Shown: positions 26,556 to 35,927, counted from the stretch's first letter. The stretch is DNA of 64,000 nucleotides from Elusimicrobia bacterium GWA2_51_34 (GCA_001799565.1 MGTS01000042.1:1016-65015), one strand, 5' to 3'. Notes: generated by a model from the letters alone, not told the origin. Numbers and translations: made by a program.

Positions 26556-27017
26556 ATGGGACCGGAAAACGAAAAAGTGGAAATCAGGGTGGTGCGGGAA
26601 GACGCGGCGTGGAAAAAGCAGTTTGACTCTTTTTACTGCGATTACCCTCCGCCAAAGAGCACCCTGACCATGCCGCACGCGTATTTCGCGGCCTATCGCG
26701 ACGGCGAGATAGTAGCCCATTCGGTCATCTATAAGAAACGCGCGCAGTGGACGCTTGACGGCCTGCGGGTAAAACCCGAGTGGCGGCAGCAGGGCATAGG
26801 CAAGGCTCTTACGGCGGAGCGCATCCGCTACGCCATTAAGAACGGCGCCAAAGAGATCTGGTACGCCTGCGAAGACGGGAATTTAGTAACCACCTGCTGT
26901 CATTTGCGTTTTGGGTTTCAGAAAGTATGCCGCAAGGGACGCAGTTGTCCGCCGGCCCAGGTCCACCGGTACCGGCTTAAAGTCACCGCGGACCTGCTTC
27001 AAAAACTTAACACTTAA
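26556..27017 (+). CDS. GNAT family N-acetyltransferase
   Basis: 153 aa with the acetyl-CoA binding motif LRVKPEWRQQGIGKALT. Confidence 0.75.
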   Translation: MGPENEKVEIRVVREDAAWKKQFDSFYCDYPPPKSTLTMPHAYFAAYRDGEIVAHSVIYKKRAQWTLDGLRVKPEWRQQGIGKALTAERIRYAIKNGAKEIWYACEDGNLVTTCCHLRFGFQKVCRKGRSCPPAQVHRYRLKVTADLLQKLNT

Positions 27018-27056
27018 GGAAACCAAATTGAATAGCTGTAGATACACTGGTAATTG

Positions 27057-27174
27057 ATAGCAACGGAAAGCAAAAGAAAGCGACTGAATGCCACAGAAAG
27101 TAAGAGGGTCGCATAAAAACAGTTTTCTTACTTTCACCTGCTTTCCGTAGCCTTCAATAGCCTTCCGTTGCTAT
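27057..27174 (+). repeat. Copy D of the ~117-bp palindromic intergenic repeat
   Basis: See copy C. Together the two bracket the GNAT gene in direct orientation. Confidence 0.85.
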
Positions 27175-27210
27175 AAGATGATAACAGCCTGCAGCCTAAG
27201 CGATTTAATT

Positions 27211-29001
27211 ATGAATGATAACACTAAAAATAGTTCAGCGGGTTTTTACGGGCTTGGCATCGCCCCAAAACTTTTATCAGCGCTTGACGCGCTGAAGTTT
27301 GAAACGCCTACTCCGATACAGGCCAAAGCCATACCGCCGGCCCTTGAAGGCAAGGATGTGGTGGGCATAGCGCAGACCGGCACCGGCAAAACCATAGCCT
27401 TCGCTATACCCATGCTGCAGCGCCTGGCGGCTCTTACAGGCAAAGGCCTTGTGCTTGTTCCCACAAGGGAACTTGCCTTGCAGGTACATGAAGTCTTTAA
27501 AAAATTCGCTCCGCTCATGGGTATGCAGACCTCGGTTATAATAGGCGGCGAGGCCATAAGCCGCCAGCAGCAGGACCTGCGTAAAAAACCGCGCGTTATT
27601 ATAGCCACGCCCGGCCGCCTTATTGACCACATGCAGCACCGCACCGTTCGCCTTGACGACGCCTGCGTGCTGGTGCTTGACGAAGCGGACCGCATGTTTG
27701 ACATGGGTTTCGCTCCGCAGATAAACCGCATACTGGAAGGTGTGCCCAAAGAGCGCCAGACCATGCTGTTCTCGGCCACCATGCCGGACAGTATAATGAA
27801 GCTTGCCGCCGCGCGCATGAAACTGCCGCTCAGAGTGGAAGTGGCAAGGCCCGGCACCGCGATAGAAAAAACAAAGCAGGAAGTTTTTATGGTTTCAAAG
27901 GCGGAAAAGGCCGCTTTACTTACCACTATTTTAGGGCAATACGGCGGCAGCGTTCTTCTTTTCGTGCGCACCAAGCGCAGCGCGCACCGGATAGTGCAGA
28001 ACATCCGTGATAGCGGATACAACGCGGCAGAAATACATTCCAACCGCTCGCTTAACCAGCGCAGGGAAGCCCTTGACGGATTCAAGTCCGGCCGCTACCG
28101 CGTGCTTGTGGCAACCGATATTGCCGCGCGCGGTATAGATGTTATAGGCATAGAGCTGGTGATAAATTACGACCTGCCGGACGAAAATGAAAATTATGTG
28201 CACCGCATAGGCCGTACCGGCCGGGCGGGCCAGCCGGGGCACGCCATTTCTTTCGCCACTCCCGACCAGCGCGGCGACTTGAAAGCAATAGAACGGCTGC
28301 TTAGAACCATAATTCCTGTTTCCACCCTGCCGAAACTGACCGCGGCGGTTCGCGCTCCGGTAAAGCTTAAACCGCCGGCCGCGCAATTAAATTCCCAGGC
28401 TCACCCTGCGCCAACGCCGCGGCCCTGTCCGGCGCGCGCAAGCGCCCAAAACCAATTTCCAAAAAGGGCGCATCAACAACAGAGTCAGCCCCGCCCTTTT
28501 GGACCGGGAATCGGGGCTGAACGCCCCACGCATAATCCTACGCACCAGCAGACCACTCCAAAAGAGCGGGGCGGCAATTTCAGGTTTACAGCCCCCTCCA
28601 GGCGACCGGATTTCAACAGGGGGGGAAGGCCGGCAGGCCCCGGGCCCAACCCGCGCAGCTTTGCGGGTCCTCCTTCCCGTAGCCCCGGGGGAAGCCGCGT
28701 AGAGGTGTCTCCATATTTTGACGAACCGCGCCGTCCTTTCAGGGCACAGGCCCCGCGGCAGGATTACCGCGGCCATACCTACGGCGAGCGACAGGCTGCC
28801 AGAGGGCCGCAGCGGGGGGGCACACCAGCTCCAGGCAGGTGGAACGCAGGCGGCCCGCCCGCAGGCGGACGCCGCGCACGGGGGCAGGGACAAAGCAAAT
28901 GGCAGGCGCAGCAACCCGGACAGGCACAGCCAAAAAAGCCGGTTCCGGTAAGCTGGTTCGCCCGCTTTATAAAAAAAAAGAAAGATGATTTTCCGGATTA
29001 G
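27211..29001 (+). CDS. DEAD-box RNA helicase paralog with a ~225-aa Arg/Gly/Pro/Gln-rich C-terminal tail
   Basis: ORF track 27178-29001. The ATG at 27211 lies just past repeat D. The core motifs match the 25067 gene (AQTGTGKT, DEAD, SAT, HRIGRTGRAG). The low-complexity tail starts at about 28330. Confidence 0.9.
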   Translation: MNDNTKNSSAGFYGLGIAPKLLSALDALKFETPTPIQAKAIPPALEGKDVVGIAQTGTGKTIAFAIPMLQRLAALTGKGLVLVPTRELALQVHEVFKKFAPLMGMQTSVIIGGEAISRQQQDLRKKPRVIIATPGRLIDHMQHRTVRLDDACVLVLDEADRMFDMGFAPQINRILEGVPKERQTMLFSATMPDSIMKLAAARMKLPLRVEVARPGTAIEKTKQEVFMVSKAEKAALLTTILGQYGGSVLLFVRTKRSAHRIVQNIRDSGYNAAEIHSNRSLNQRREALDGFKSGRYRVLVATDIAARGIDVIGIELVINYDLPDENENYVHRIGRTGRAGQPGHAISFATPDQRGDLKAIERLLRTIIPVSTLPKLTAAVRAPVKLKPPAAQLNSQAHPAPTPRPCPARASAQNQFPKRAHQQQSQPRPFGPGIGAERPTHNPTHQQTTPKERGGNFRFTAPSRRPDFNRGGRPAGPGPNPRSFAGPPSRSPGGSRVEVSPYFDEPRRPFRAQAPRQDYRGHTYGERQAARGPQRGGTPAPGRWNAGGPPAGGRRARGQGQSKWQAQQPGQAQPKKPVPVSWFARFIKKKKDDFPD

Positions 29002-29020
29002 CCGGTTTGTAGATATACGC

Positions 29021-29070
29021 AAAAAAAGCTCCCGGAACTTTTACCCCTAAAAGTTCCGGGAGCTTTTTTT
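29021..29070. terminator. Bidirectional rho-independent terminator
   Basis: aaaaaaagctcccggaactttta-cccc-taaaagttccgggagcttttttt lies between the helicase (+) and the porin (-). Confidence 0.85.
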
Positions 29071-29077
29071 CGGGGGG

Positions 29078-30163
29078 TTAAAACTGCAGCTTAAAAGTTA
29101 ACTGGTAGTTCATTGATTGACGGTTGTAACAACCGTCAGGCCCCTTGTACCGGGTTACCAGTGAAGCGGCCTCAAATCCTGTTTCAACACTGTCATAGAG
29201 CCTTACCGTCATATTGCCAAGCGCGGTGGAGTTCTTTGTTTTTCCATTTACAGACACCTTTGAATTATCCGGATCATCCAGTCCATACATCACACTGAAC
29301 CATAAATCACTATCTGGTTTCACCTTAAAAGCCAGGTAGCCGCCTTTTGAATGAACGGCGCCGGCTCCATAGCCGGTGTTCCCAAGGCCGCCAAGGAAAT
29401 CCGACATATTTTTACCCGTCCAGGCTTCGCCATACAGGGTATATATGTAAAACGGCGCGTTAAAAGCCGCCACAACAGCCTGCACCTCGGCCTCGTTTTG
29501 GGTTGAAGTGCTTTTCCATACGCCGGAAGCGCCGGCAAAACTTAATTTTATTTTACCCAGCCTTTTTTCTATTTTAGCCTGTAAACCCGGCAGGGCCGAA
29601 TGCGTGCCTTCGGCGTCGGTAAGTTTGGAAGTGGGACGATTGACGGAAGCCTGGAATTTAAGCGTCTCCAAAGGAAAATAGGTAATACGGATCTGGGGTG
29701 CCCTGGCCCATAAGGCGCCTGAATTACCCAGATAATAATCGTTGATGGTTTCGGGGAGGTCGGCGGTTATAACATAATAAGTCTGCCCCGCCAGTATTTC
29801 AAAGTTCCGGCTAGTAATGGTTATATACGCGAGACGCAGGCGCAGGTCTGAAACTGTGCCGGCCGCTCCGGCAAGACTGTCGGTCAGGCCGAGAAAGTCA
29901 GCCTCCAGCTTGCCTGCCACATTGCCTCCATTGTCTATATTAAATCCGAACCTGCTGGCCCGGGCTGAAGCTCTGAAAGCCCTGTCCTGCCTGCCGCTTA
30001 CGGTGTAAGTCCGATATTCGTTCGTGGAGGTACCATGGTCGGAATAGATGAAATCTGTTTTAAGGAAACCATAAAAATCCACTTTATATTTTGAACCCAT
30101 TTCCGCCGAAACCGGCGCCGCGGCGGCGCAAAGCGCGCAGGCAAGAATAAAATTATTTTTCAT
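29078..30163 (-). CDS. Outer-membrane beta-barrel porin-like protein
   Basis: Signal peptide MKNNFILACALCAAAAPVSA, alternating amphipathic beta-strand pattern, C-terminal ...QLTFKLQF (terminal Phe). Confidence 0.6.
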   Translation of the reverse strand: MKNNFILACALCAAAAPVSAEMGSKYKVDFYGFLKTDFIYSDHGTSTNEYRTYTVSGRQDRAFRASARASRFGFNIDNGGNVAGKLEADFLGLTDSLAGAAGTVSDLRLRLAYITITSRNFEILAGQTYYVITADLPETINDYYLGNSGALWARAPQIRITYFPLETLKFQASVNRPTSKLTDAEGTHSALPGLQAKIEKRLGKIKLSFAGASGVWKSTSTQNEAEVQAVVAAFNAPFYIYTLYGEAWTGKNMSDFLGGLGNTGYGAGAVHSKGGYLAFKVKPDSDLWFSVMYGLDDPDNSKVSVNGKTKNSTALGNMTVRLYDSVETGFEAASLVTRYKGPDGCYNRQSMNYQLTFKLQF

Positions 30164-30239
30164 AGATTGTCCCTTTAGATAAAATCATTTATAAGCCCTG
30201 ATGCAGCGCCGTTTGTGTATTATAGATAAAATAGAAGAC

Positions 30240-30442
30240 ATGAATTCCAAAACCATAGATTTTTTCAACCGTCACGCTTCCCGCCGGGACAGCGATGAGA
30301 AGCCGCCATCACCGCGTCGGCGGGGGAGGAAGTGGCGGGACATCTGCTCTACGCGAACACGAGCTTTCTCAAACTCTACTCCGCCGCCGGATTTAAAAAC
30401 ATAGAGGTGAATGACGGCTCACGTTTTTTTCCGCCCGCATAA
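30240..30442 (+). pseudogene. Possible relic of a SAM-dependent methyltransferase gene (internally deleted/frameshifted)
   Basis: One frame reads MNSKTIDFFNRHA... A second frame reads ...EVAGHLLYANTSFLKLYSAAGFKNIEVNDGSRFFPPA*, which looks like a methyltransferase C-terminus. No intact ORF spans both. Confidence 0.25.
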
Positions 30443-30656
30443 GCCATTGCAGCCATAACCCCTTATTGAGATAATCATACAGCGTTCCGCATTAAGCATT
30501 ATAGCCCCGCTCCCGCATTTTTTGTATTATAGACGCAATAGACGGGCCGGATAATGGCAGTGGGCTGAATTGTCCGGCGCAAGAAAAACTTCCGCTGAGT
30601 AAAAGACGCGTCCTGGCAAGTGCGGATAATTTAAAACAGGAGTTAAAACTTAAAAC

Positions 30657-31640
30657 ATGAGTACCTACCATAGTTGCGGAAAACAGAACGGGCAGCGGGT
30701 TGGATTCTGCGGGCATTGCGGCGCGCCTTTGGCCGGCGGACTTACGGCTAAACGACTCCGCCTTGCCGCCGCGGTACTGCTGTTGGCGGGGCTGGGCTTG
30801 GGCGGCTACTCGCTTTGGAACACGCGCGCGCCGCACCCCACGCAAAAGACCGCAGATGGAAGCTCCGCGCTGTTAAGCACAGCCGGGAAGGCGGCTCCCG
30901 CAATTAAAAGAGCCGATTATAACGACATGGTGGAAATCCCCGCGGGTGAGTTTCTGATGGGTTCGCCCGAAAGCGAGGGGGAAGACAATGAGCATCCCCG
31001 CCATAAGGTATACCTTGACGCTTACCGCATAGACAAGCACGAAGTGACTGTGGCGCAGTATAAAAGGTTTGTCAAGGCCACAGGCCGAAGGCAAAAGGCG
31101 AAGCCGCCCAGTTGCACGCAAAAGGTTGAGTGGGGCACAGACCGCCATCCTGTATTTAATGTGGATTGGTACGATGCCGATGCCTATTGCAAATGGGCAG
31201 GCGGCCGCCTGCCCACCGAAGCCGAGTGGGAGAAAGCCGCGCGCGGGGGGACAACCACTCAATATAGTTTTGGTAATGATGAAAGCAAGCTTGGCGAGTA
31301 CTCCTGGCACGAAGAGAATTCAGAAGGGAATCCGAATGGAGCGAGCCCTGTGGGCCGGAAGAAACCGAACCAGTACGGGTTATACGACATGCACGGCAAT
31401 GTCTGGGAGTGGGTGTCTGATTGGTATGGCGAGGATTACTATAAAAATAGTTCCCAAAAAAACCCTAAAGGTCCGGCTTCCGGGTCCAGGCGCAGCTTGC
31501 GTGGCGGGGCATGGGACAGTAAAGTCCACAACCAGCAGCGCTCGGCTTTCCGGGCAGGGGCAGCCCCTCCCTTCGAAAGGTGCCAATGTAAAGGCTTCCG
31601 GTGCGTGGTCCCCGCCCAAAACTCAAAATTATCACACTGA
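30657..31640 (+). CDS. Formylglycine-generating enzyme (SUMF1/FGE) family protein with an N-terminal zinc ribbon and TM anchor
   Basis: CGKQNGQRVGFCGHCG zinc ribbon and TM segment AAAVLLLAGLGLGGY. The FGE-sulfatase domain motifs are HPVFNVDWYDADAYCKWAGGRLPTEAEWEKAARGG, MHGNVWEWVSDWY and LRGGAW. Confidence 0.8.
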   Translation: MSTYHSCGKQNGQRVGFCGHCGAPLAGGLTAKRLRLAAAVLLLAGLGLGGYSLWNTRAPHPTQKTADGSSALLSTAGKAAPAIKRADYNDMVEIPAGEFLMGSPESEGEDNEHPRHKVYLDAYRIDKHEVTVAQYKRFVKATGRRQKAKPPSCTQKVEWGTDRHPVFNVDWYDADAYCKWAGGRLPTEAEWEKAARGGTTTQYSFGNDESKLGEYSWHEENSEGNPNGASPVGRKKPNQYGLYDMHGNVWEWVSDWYGEDYYKNSSQKNPKGPASGSRRSLRGGAWDSKVHNQQRSAFRAGAAPPFERCQCKGFRCVVPAQNSKLSH

Positions 31641-31681
31641 CAGCGTATGTTTCCCTCGGATTTGTCAGCGGACCGCGGTAG

Positions 31682-32050
31682 CTACTGAATTAAATTCCCA
31701 AACGTGCCGCCACCTGAATTCATCATCGGGCACAAAAACGCGCTGAAAGCAAGCCACCAGTTGTATATTGTTAAGACCAAATACCATGTCGCCGCCAGTA
31801 TCGCGGCTGTGTAAGCCCACTTGGCCCGGCGGGACAAAAGCGGCGATTTCCACACAAAGATAAGACTGAACGGGCCCATAGCCATAACTGTAAGCGCTAT
31901 TATGCCCCAGTGTTTGTAATACCAGGGGATGTATTTTCCCTGCCCCTTTGCGCAAAACCGGCAATAATTATCTTCAGGGGATATTTTGCCGCCGCATGCC
32001 CAGCAAACTGCCGTTGTTAAGTCTTCCATACTATAAGGGGATTGTACCAT
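31682..32050 (-). CDS. Zinc-ribbon membrane protein (hypothetical)
   Basis: CWACGGKISPEDNYCRFC followed by three hydrophobic segments. Confidence 0.55.
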   Translation of the reverse strand: MVQSPYSMEDLTTAVCWACGGKISPEDNYCRFCAKGQGKYIPWYYKHWGIIALTVMAMGPFSLIFVWKSPLLSRRAKWAYTAAILAATWYLVLTIYNWWLAFSAFLCPMMNSGGGTFGNLIQ

Positions 32051-32099
32051 TTCAAAAACCCAGGAACATATTTCGCGTAATTTTTACTAAAATATACTG

Positions 32100-32297
32100 A
32101 TGAAAAAACTTTATCGGAGCGACAGCAATAAAGTGTTTGCCGGTATAATCGGAGGGCTCGGAGAGTATTTCAACGTTGACCCGGTGGCGCTCAGGCTGGG
32201 CTGCGTATTCCTGGCGGCCTGTACGGCCTTCGTACCGGGCCTCATCGCCTATCTGCTCGCCATCTTCATAGTTCCCCGAAAGCCGTCCGTTCCGTAA
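32100..32297 (+). CDS. PspC domain-containing small membrane protein
   Basis: MKKLYRSDSNKVFAGIIGGLGEYFNVDPVALRLGCVFLA is the canonical PspC N-terminal domain. Confidence 0.8.
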   Translation: MKKLYRSDSNKVFAGIIGGLGEYFNVDPVALRLGCVFLAACTAFVPGLIAYLLAIFIVPRKPSVP

Positions 32298-32359
32298 AAG
32301 CCGCGCCAGCAAAAAACTCACGCGTCCTCACGCATTCCTGCATGCGCGGGAGCCGTCCG

Positions 32360-33376
32360 CTATTTTTCAAGAATACGTACGGAGAGGGGGGGCATGTCGG
32401 ACGGAAGGCCGCGCCTCTCCTCAAAGAGCGGGCGCCAGCCTTTCATTACCTCGGTGTCCAGCGCAACGGGAAAGGAGGCGGAGTTCACAAGCACAAGATA
32501 CCGCCGCCCGCCTTTTTTGAAGGCCGCGGCGGAGAGCGCCGGGTCAAGCCCGGCCGGCGGATCGGTTTGCCGGCCTTCCATAAACACCGGGCCCATGCGC
32601 CCCAGCTCAGCCGCCATGCGCCCATAAATATCCCAGCGCTCCGGCCGGTCCGCCAGCGGCACGCCATCCTGCGAGGCGTACTTGAAATAGAAAATTCCCC
32701 GCGCGCCGCGCGCGAGCGCAAGGTAAGTCATAAAGCGCACCTGGGCAAAAGTGGGAAAACCGCCCACTTTCTTCGCCCTGCGCTGCGGGAATTCCATCCA
32801 GTCAAAAGCCTGCAGCACCGCCCATACCGGCTTGCCCGGGTTTTTCGCATCCAGCATCTTGGCGCCTTCCCGCAGCAGAGCAATCTGCTGGCCCACCGAA
32901 CCCAAATCCAGATGCGGCACCGGGTACCAGTCCGCCATCAGCACGTCAGCCGCGCCGCCGTAGGTGAAAGCCGCTATGCCGTCGCCCATAACAAAAGCGG
33001 TTCTCTGCGCGGGCGACCACTCTTTTACCCTCCGGTCCAGCTTTAGAAGTTCTTCCAGCGGCATCCTGCGCACCTCTGGTTCGTCATAAAGATACCAGGC
33101 CAGCATCGGCCAGTCTTTAGCTTCCTTATCGTAGGCTGAACCTATCACTTTGTCGGGATACGCCGCCATTTTCAGGTTCAGCTTTCCGGCCTCCGCAGCC
33201 AGCGCCGCCAGCAGCTCCGGGGCCTGCTCGTAGGTCTGGAAGCAGTTGAACCCCGCTCGCTTTAAAACCTGCAGCTCAGCCGGCTTTCCTATGCCATACA
33301 TGCACACCGGCAGGTTATTGCCCGCCCAAAGCAAAGGCGCCGCCAGGAACGAGAAGAGGAAAAGTGTAATTTTCAT
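32360..33376 (-). CDS. Exported hypothetical protein (possibly a TIM-barrel glycosidase-like fold)
   Basis: 338 aa with signal peptide MKITLFLFSFLAAPLLWA. The alternating beta/alpha pattern with WYLYDEPE and WAVLQAF is suggestive only. The coding call is strong but the function is weak. Confidence 0.4.
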   Translation of the reverse strand: MKITLFLFSFLAAPLLWAGNNLPVCMYGIGKPAELQVLKRAGFNCFQTYEQAPELLAALAAEAGKLNLKMAAYPDKVIGSAYDKEAKDWPMLAWYLYDEPEVRRMPLEELLKLDRRVKEWSPAQRTAFVMGDGIAAFTYGGAADVLMADWYPVPHLDLGSVGQQIALLREGAKMLDAKNPGKPVWAVLQAFDWMEFPQRRAKKVGGFPTFAQVRFMTYLALARGARGIFYFKYASQDGVPLADRPERWDIYGRMAAELGRMGPVFMEGRQTDPPAGLDPALSAAAFKKGGRRYLVLVNSASFPVALDTEVMKGWRPLFEERRGLPSDMPPLSVRILEK

Positions 33377-33476
33377 TTTTAAATTCTAGCAAATGACGGG
33401 GATATTTGCATTTTCTGTGTATATATTAATATAATTCTTTACAATTGACCATTGACCCTTAACATGGAGGCAGCAA

Positions 33477-34172
33477 ATGAAATTAGTCCAGATAGCCGTA
33501 TTAGCCGCCGCGGTGTCCTTAGGTGGAAGCGTTATAGCCCAGGCAGCGGCCACACCCGCTAAAGGCTTAAAGATCACCAAAATAACCGGCACCGTAAATA
33601 TTATGAAGGACGGCGTGATAGTAATGACCCTTAAACCGGGCGACTCCATACCGGAAATTAAAGACAATCAAATGACTTTTGCCGTGGTGGAAGGCTCCAT
33701 GGAATTGCAGGCTGGCGGCAAGGCCATAACCGCCGGCGCCGGCGCTAACTTCAGCGTTACCTCCAATAGAAGTGAAGTTGAAATATCTGTAACGGCAGGC
33801 GCCCCTGTGGCCATAAAGAGCGAATCCGGCCACAATGTGGTGCTTACCCCCAACACCACGGTTTCAATGGTAAACACAAGGGGAAAAGTTGAGATATCAG
33901 TGGAAAAAGGAAACGCCGTGGTAAGCAACGCTTCCGGCGGTGAAACGCAGAGCGTTAAAGCCGGCGAAACTGCCTCCATCCCCGCCATGCCCCCGGCCCC
34001 TATAGCAGCAGCCGCTCCAGCCCCCGCTAAAGAAGAACCCGAAGCCGAAATCCCCGCTGAAACCCCGGCCGACGCCGCTGTTACGGTTCCCGTAACCGAG
34101 CCCCCGCCCACCACCGTCATCCAAACACAGACCGTGGAAGAAGCCACAGAAGTCAGCGGTTCCAATCCCTAA
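33477..34172 (+). CDS. Exported FecR-like beta-sandwich protein with a Pro/Ala/Glu linker and conserved C-terminal tail (copy 1)
   Basis: It has a signal peptide and RBS ggagg. The repetitive beta-strand region resembles the FecR fold. The tail EPPPTTVIQTQTVEEATEVSGSNP (34098-34169) is shared with the 37984 gene. Confidence 0.5.
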   Translation: MKLVQIAVLAAAVSLGGSVIAQAAATPAKGLKITKITGTVNIMKDGVIVMTLKPGDSIPEIKDNQMTFAVVEGSMELQAGGKAITAGAGANFSVTSNRSEVEISVTAGAPVAIKSESGHNVVLTPNTTVSMVNTRGKVEISVEKGNAVVSNASGGETQSVKAGETASIPAMPPAPIAAAAPAPAKEEPEAEIPAETPADAAVTVPVTEPPPTTVIQTQTVEEATEVSGSNP

Positions 34173-34199
34173 ACGAAACTTTTTAAAGGAGAATAAACA

Positions 34200-35363
34200 A
34201 TGAAAAAACTTTTAATAGCCTTTTTACTGCTCACCACCGCTAACGCGGGGGCCATGCAGAATATCAAGCTTGGAACCCTTGAAATTAACCCGCAGGTCTC
34301 AGTACAGCAGAGCTACGACAGCAATATCTACCTGACCAGGACCAAACCCTTGTCAGCCAATATCAACCGCACCGGGCTGGGCGTAAACCTGCTGAACAAA
34401 ATAGGTTCCCGCCTTGATCTGAAGGGCGCCTATACAGCGGAATTCCTGTCCTACTCCCGCTCCACCAATATCAACAACGCCACGCACCACCTGGCCAGCC
34501 TGGGAGTTGAAGCCCGCCTCCCAAAAAGCACAACCTTCATACTGGACGACAAATACATGCAGACAACCGACCAGGCCACCTCCGAGCTGACCGCGCGCGC
34601 GCTGCGCGTGCAGAACACAGCCGGAGCCGGCCTTGAAGCCCCGCTCCGCGGCAAATTTGGCTTCAATCTGGCCGCGCAGCATACTTACCACAATTATCTG
34701 GCCGCGGTTAATAACCTGCTGGACCGCCAGGAAATGCTGTCGGGCGCCGATCTCACTTTCAAGGTGCAGCCAAAAACCAAGCTGGTCCTTGGCTTCCGCT
34801 ACGGCACCATGTCCTACAAACTGGCCTCCGCCGATAACGGAGACGCCTTCTACAATAACTGGGACTTGGGTCTTACCGGCAACATCGCCCCGAAGCTGGT
34901 GGGCACCATAAAAGCCGGCGTGCAGTACAGACGCTACGAAAAAAGCCTTAACCAGGCCGCCGATAAAATAAATACCGGCGGCTACAGCGCGCAACTGCTC
35001 TGGAAGCCCGCTGAACTTACCGAAGTGATATTATACGGCAAGCGCGGCAACGTTGAAACCTCATACGGCGACAACCGCTTCTACACCTCCAATACAGGCG
35101 ACATCACGCTGTCGCGGCAGGTGCATAAATTAAAAGCCGGCCTCGGTTTCAACTATGAAGCTATCGCCTATCCGGAAATAACCGCTCTTACCGGCAAGAA
35201 ACGCCTGGACACTAACACTAATATGCGCGCGACCGCCGAATACGATATGCGGAAATGGCTTAAAGCCGGCGTAGGCTATATGTACAAGAACCGCACCACT
35301 AACGAGAAGGACTTTAAGTACCACGACAACATCGTCAGCGTAGAATTAAAAGGCATGTTTTAA
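34200..35363 (+). CDS. Outer-membrane beta-barrel protein (polysaccharide-locus associated)
   Basis: Signal peptide MKKLLIAFLLLTTANAGA, an early YDSNIYL motif, many amphipathic strands, C-terminal VELKGMF. Confidence 0.6.
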   Translation: MKKLLIAFLLLTTANAGAMQNIKLGTLEINPQVSVQQSYDSNIYLTRTKPLSANINRTGLGVNLLNKIGSRLDLKGAYTAEFLSYSRSTNINNATHHLASLGVEARLPKSTTFILDDKYMQTTDQATSELTARALRVQNTAGAGLEAPLRGKFGFNLAAQHTYHNYLAAVNNLLDRQEMLSGADLTFKVQPKTKLVLGFRYGTMSYKLASADNGDAFYNNWDLGLTGNIAPKLVGTIKAGVQYRRYEKSLNQAADKINTGGYSAQLLWKPAELTEVILYGKRGNVETSYGDNRFYTSNTGDITLSRQVHKLKAGLGFNYEAIAYPEITALTGKKRLDTNTNMRATAEYDMRKWLKAGVGYMYKNRTTNEKDFKYHDNIVSVELKGMF

Positions 35364-35382
35364 GCAGCCGGCTGTTTAAAAG

Positions 35383-35417
35383 AAAAAGGCCGTCCGAAAT
35401 AAACGGACGGCCTTTTT
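35383..35417. terminator. Bidirectional rho-independent terminator
   Basis: aaaaaggccgtccg-aaataaa-cggacggccttttt lies between the OM barrel (+) and the LMW-PTP (-). Confidence 0.8.
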
Positions 35418-35477
35418 CTTTCCACCTTGCGGTTTTATTCCCTCTCAGCTCTTATCTCCAATTCCAAGTTTTAAGCT

Positions 35478-35927
35478 CTAATCTCCCGGCTGTCCCGCCG
35501 CCTGGCCGCCCCGCTGTCCAGCAATAAATTTCATTATCTCTTCTTTAATTCGGTTAAGCACCTCTTCGTACACTTTATCACCCTTTCCCATCGGGTCCAA
35601 CACCTCCCCGCAGGCAAACAACCGGGTTTTGCGCGCGCTATGGGGGAACTTGTCCGCCAGTATAGCGGCATGGACGCTCTCCATAACAATTATCAGGTCG
35701 GCCCAGTTTATGTCCTCTTCCGCCACCTGCACGGACTTGTGCGCGGTGTCGGCCGCCCCTACGCGCTTCAGGAAATTTTCCACCTGCGGGGACATGCCGC
35801 AATATGGCTGGACGGCCGTGCCGCGCGAGCGGGCCTTAAAACCGGCGCCCGCGCCGTAAAGCGTCAGCAGTTTCTCAGCCGCGGGGCTGCGGCACATATT
35901 GCCGGTGCATACAAAAAGAACTTTCAT
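35478..35927 (-). CDS. Low-molecular-weight protein-tyrosine phosphatase (Wzb-like)
   Basis: N-terminal VLFVCTGNMCRSPAAE (CX5R(S/T) P-loop). 149 aa. Confidence 0.85.
   Translation of the reverse strand: MKVLFVCTGNMCRSPAAEKLLTLYGAGAGFKARSRGTAVQPYCGMSPQVENFLKRVGAADTAHKSVQVAEEDINWADLIIVMESVHAAILADKFPHSARKTRLFACGEVLDPMGKGDKVYEEVLNRIKEEIMKFIAGQRGGQAAGQPGD

Noticed and set aside
28387-29022. 211-aa ORF antisense to the helicase tail, plus several overlapping ORFs at 28499-28951.
   Set aside because: They lie in a GC-rich low-complexity region where all frames stay open. The sense frame continues a well-supported DEAD-box protein.
30492-30845. 117-aa minus-strand ORF overlapping the start of the FGE-family gene.
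   Set aside because: It overlaps a supported gene in antisense, has an Arg/Ala-rich composition and has no RBS.
31069-31746. 225-aa ORF in an alternative plus-strand frame overlapping the FGE-family gene.
   Set aside because: The FGE frame has clear domain motifs. The alternative frame is Arg/Pro/Gly-rich with no recognisable features.
32342-33046. 234-aa ORF antisense to the exported protein at 32360-33376.
   Set aside because: Its composition is highly basic (R/H/P-rich). The opposite frame has a signal peptide and protein-like composition.
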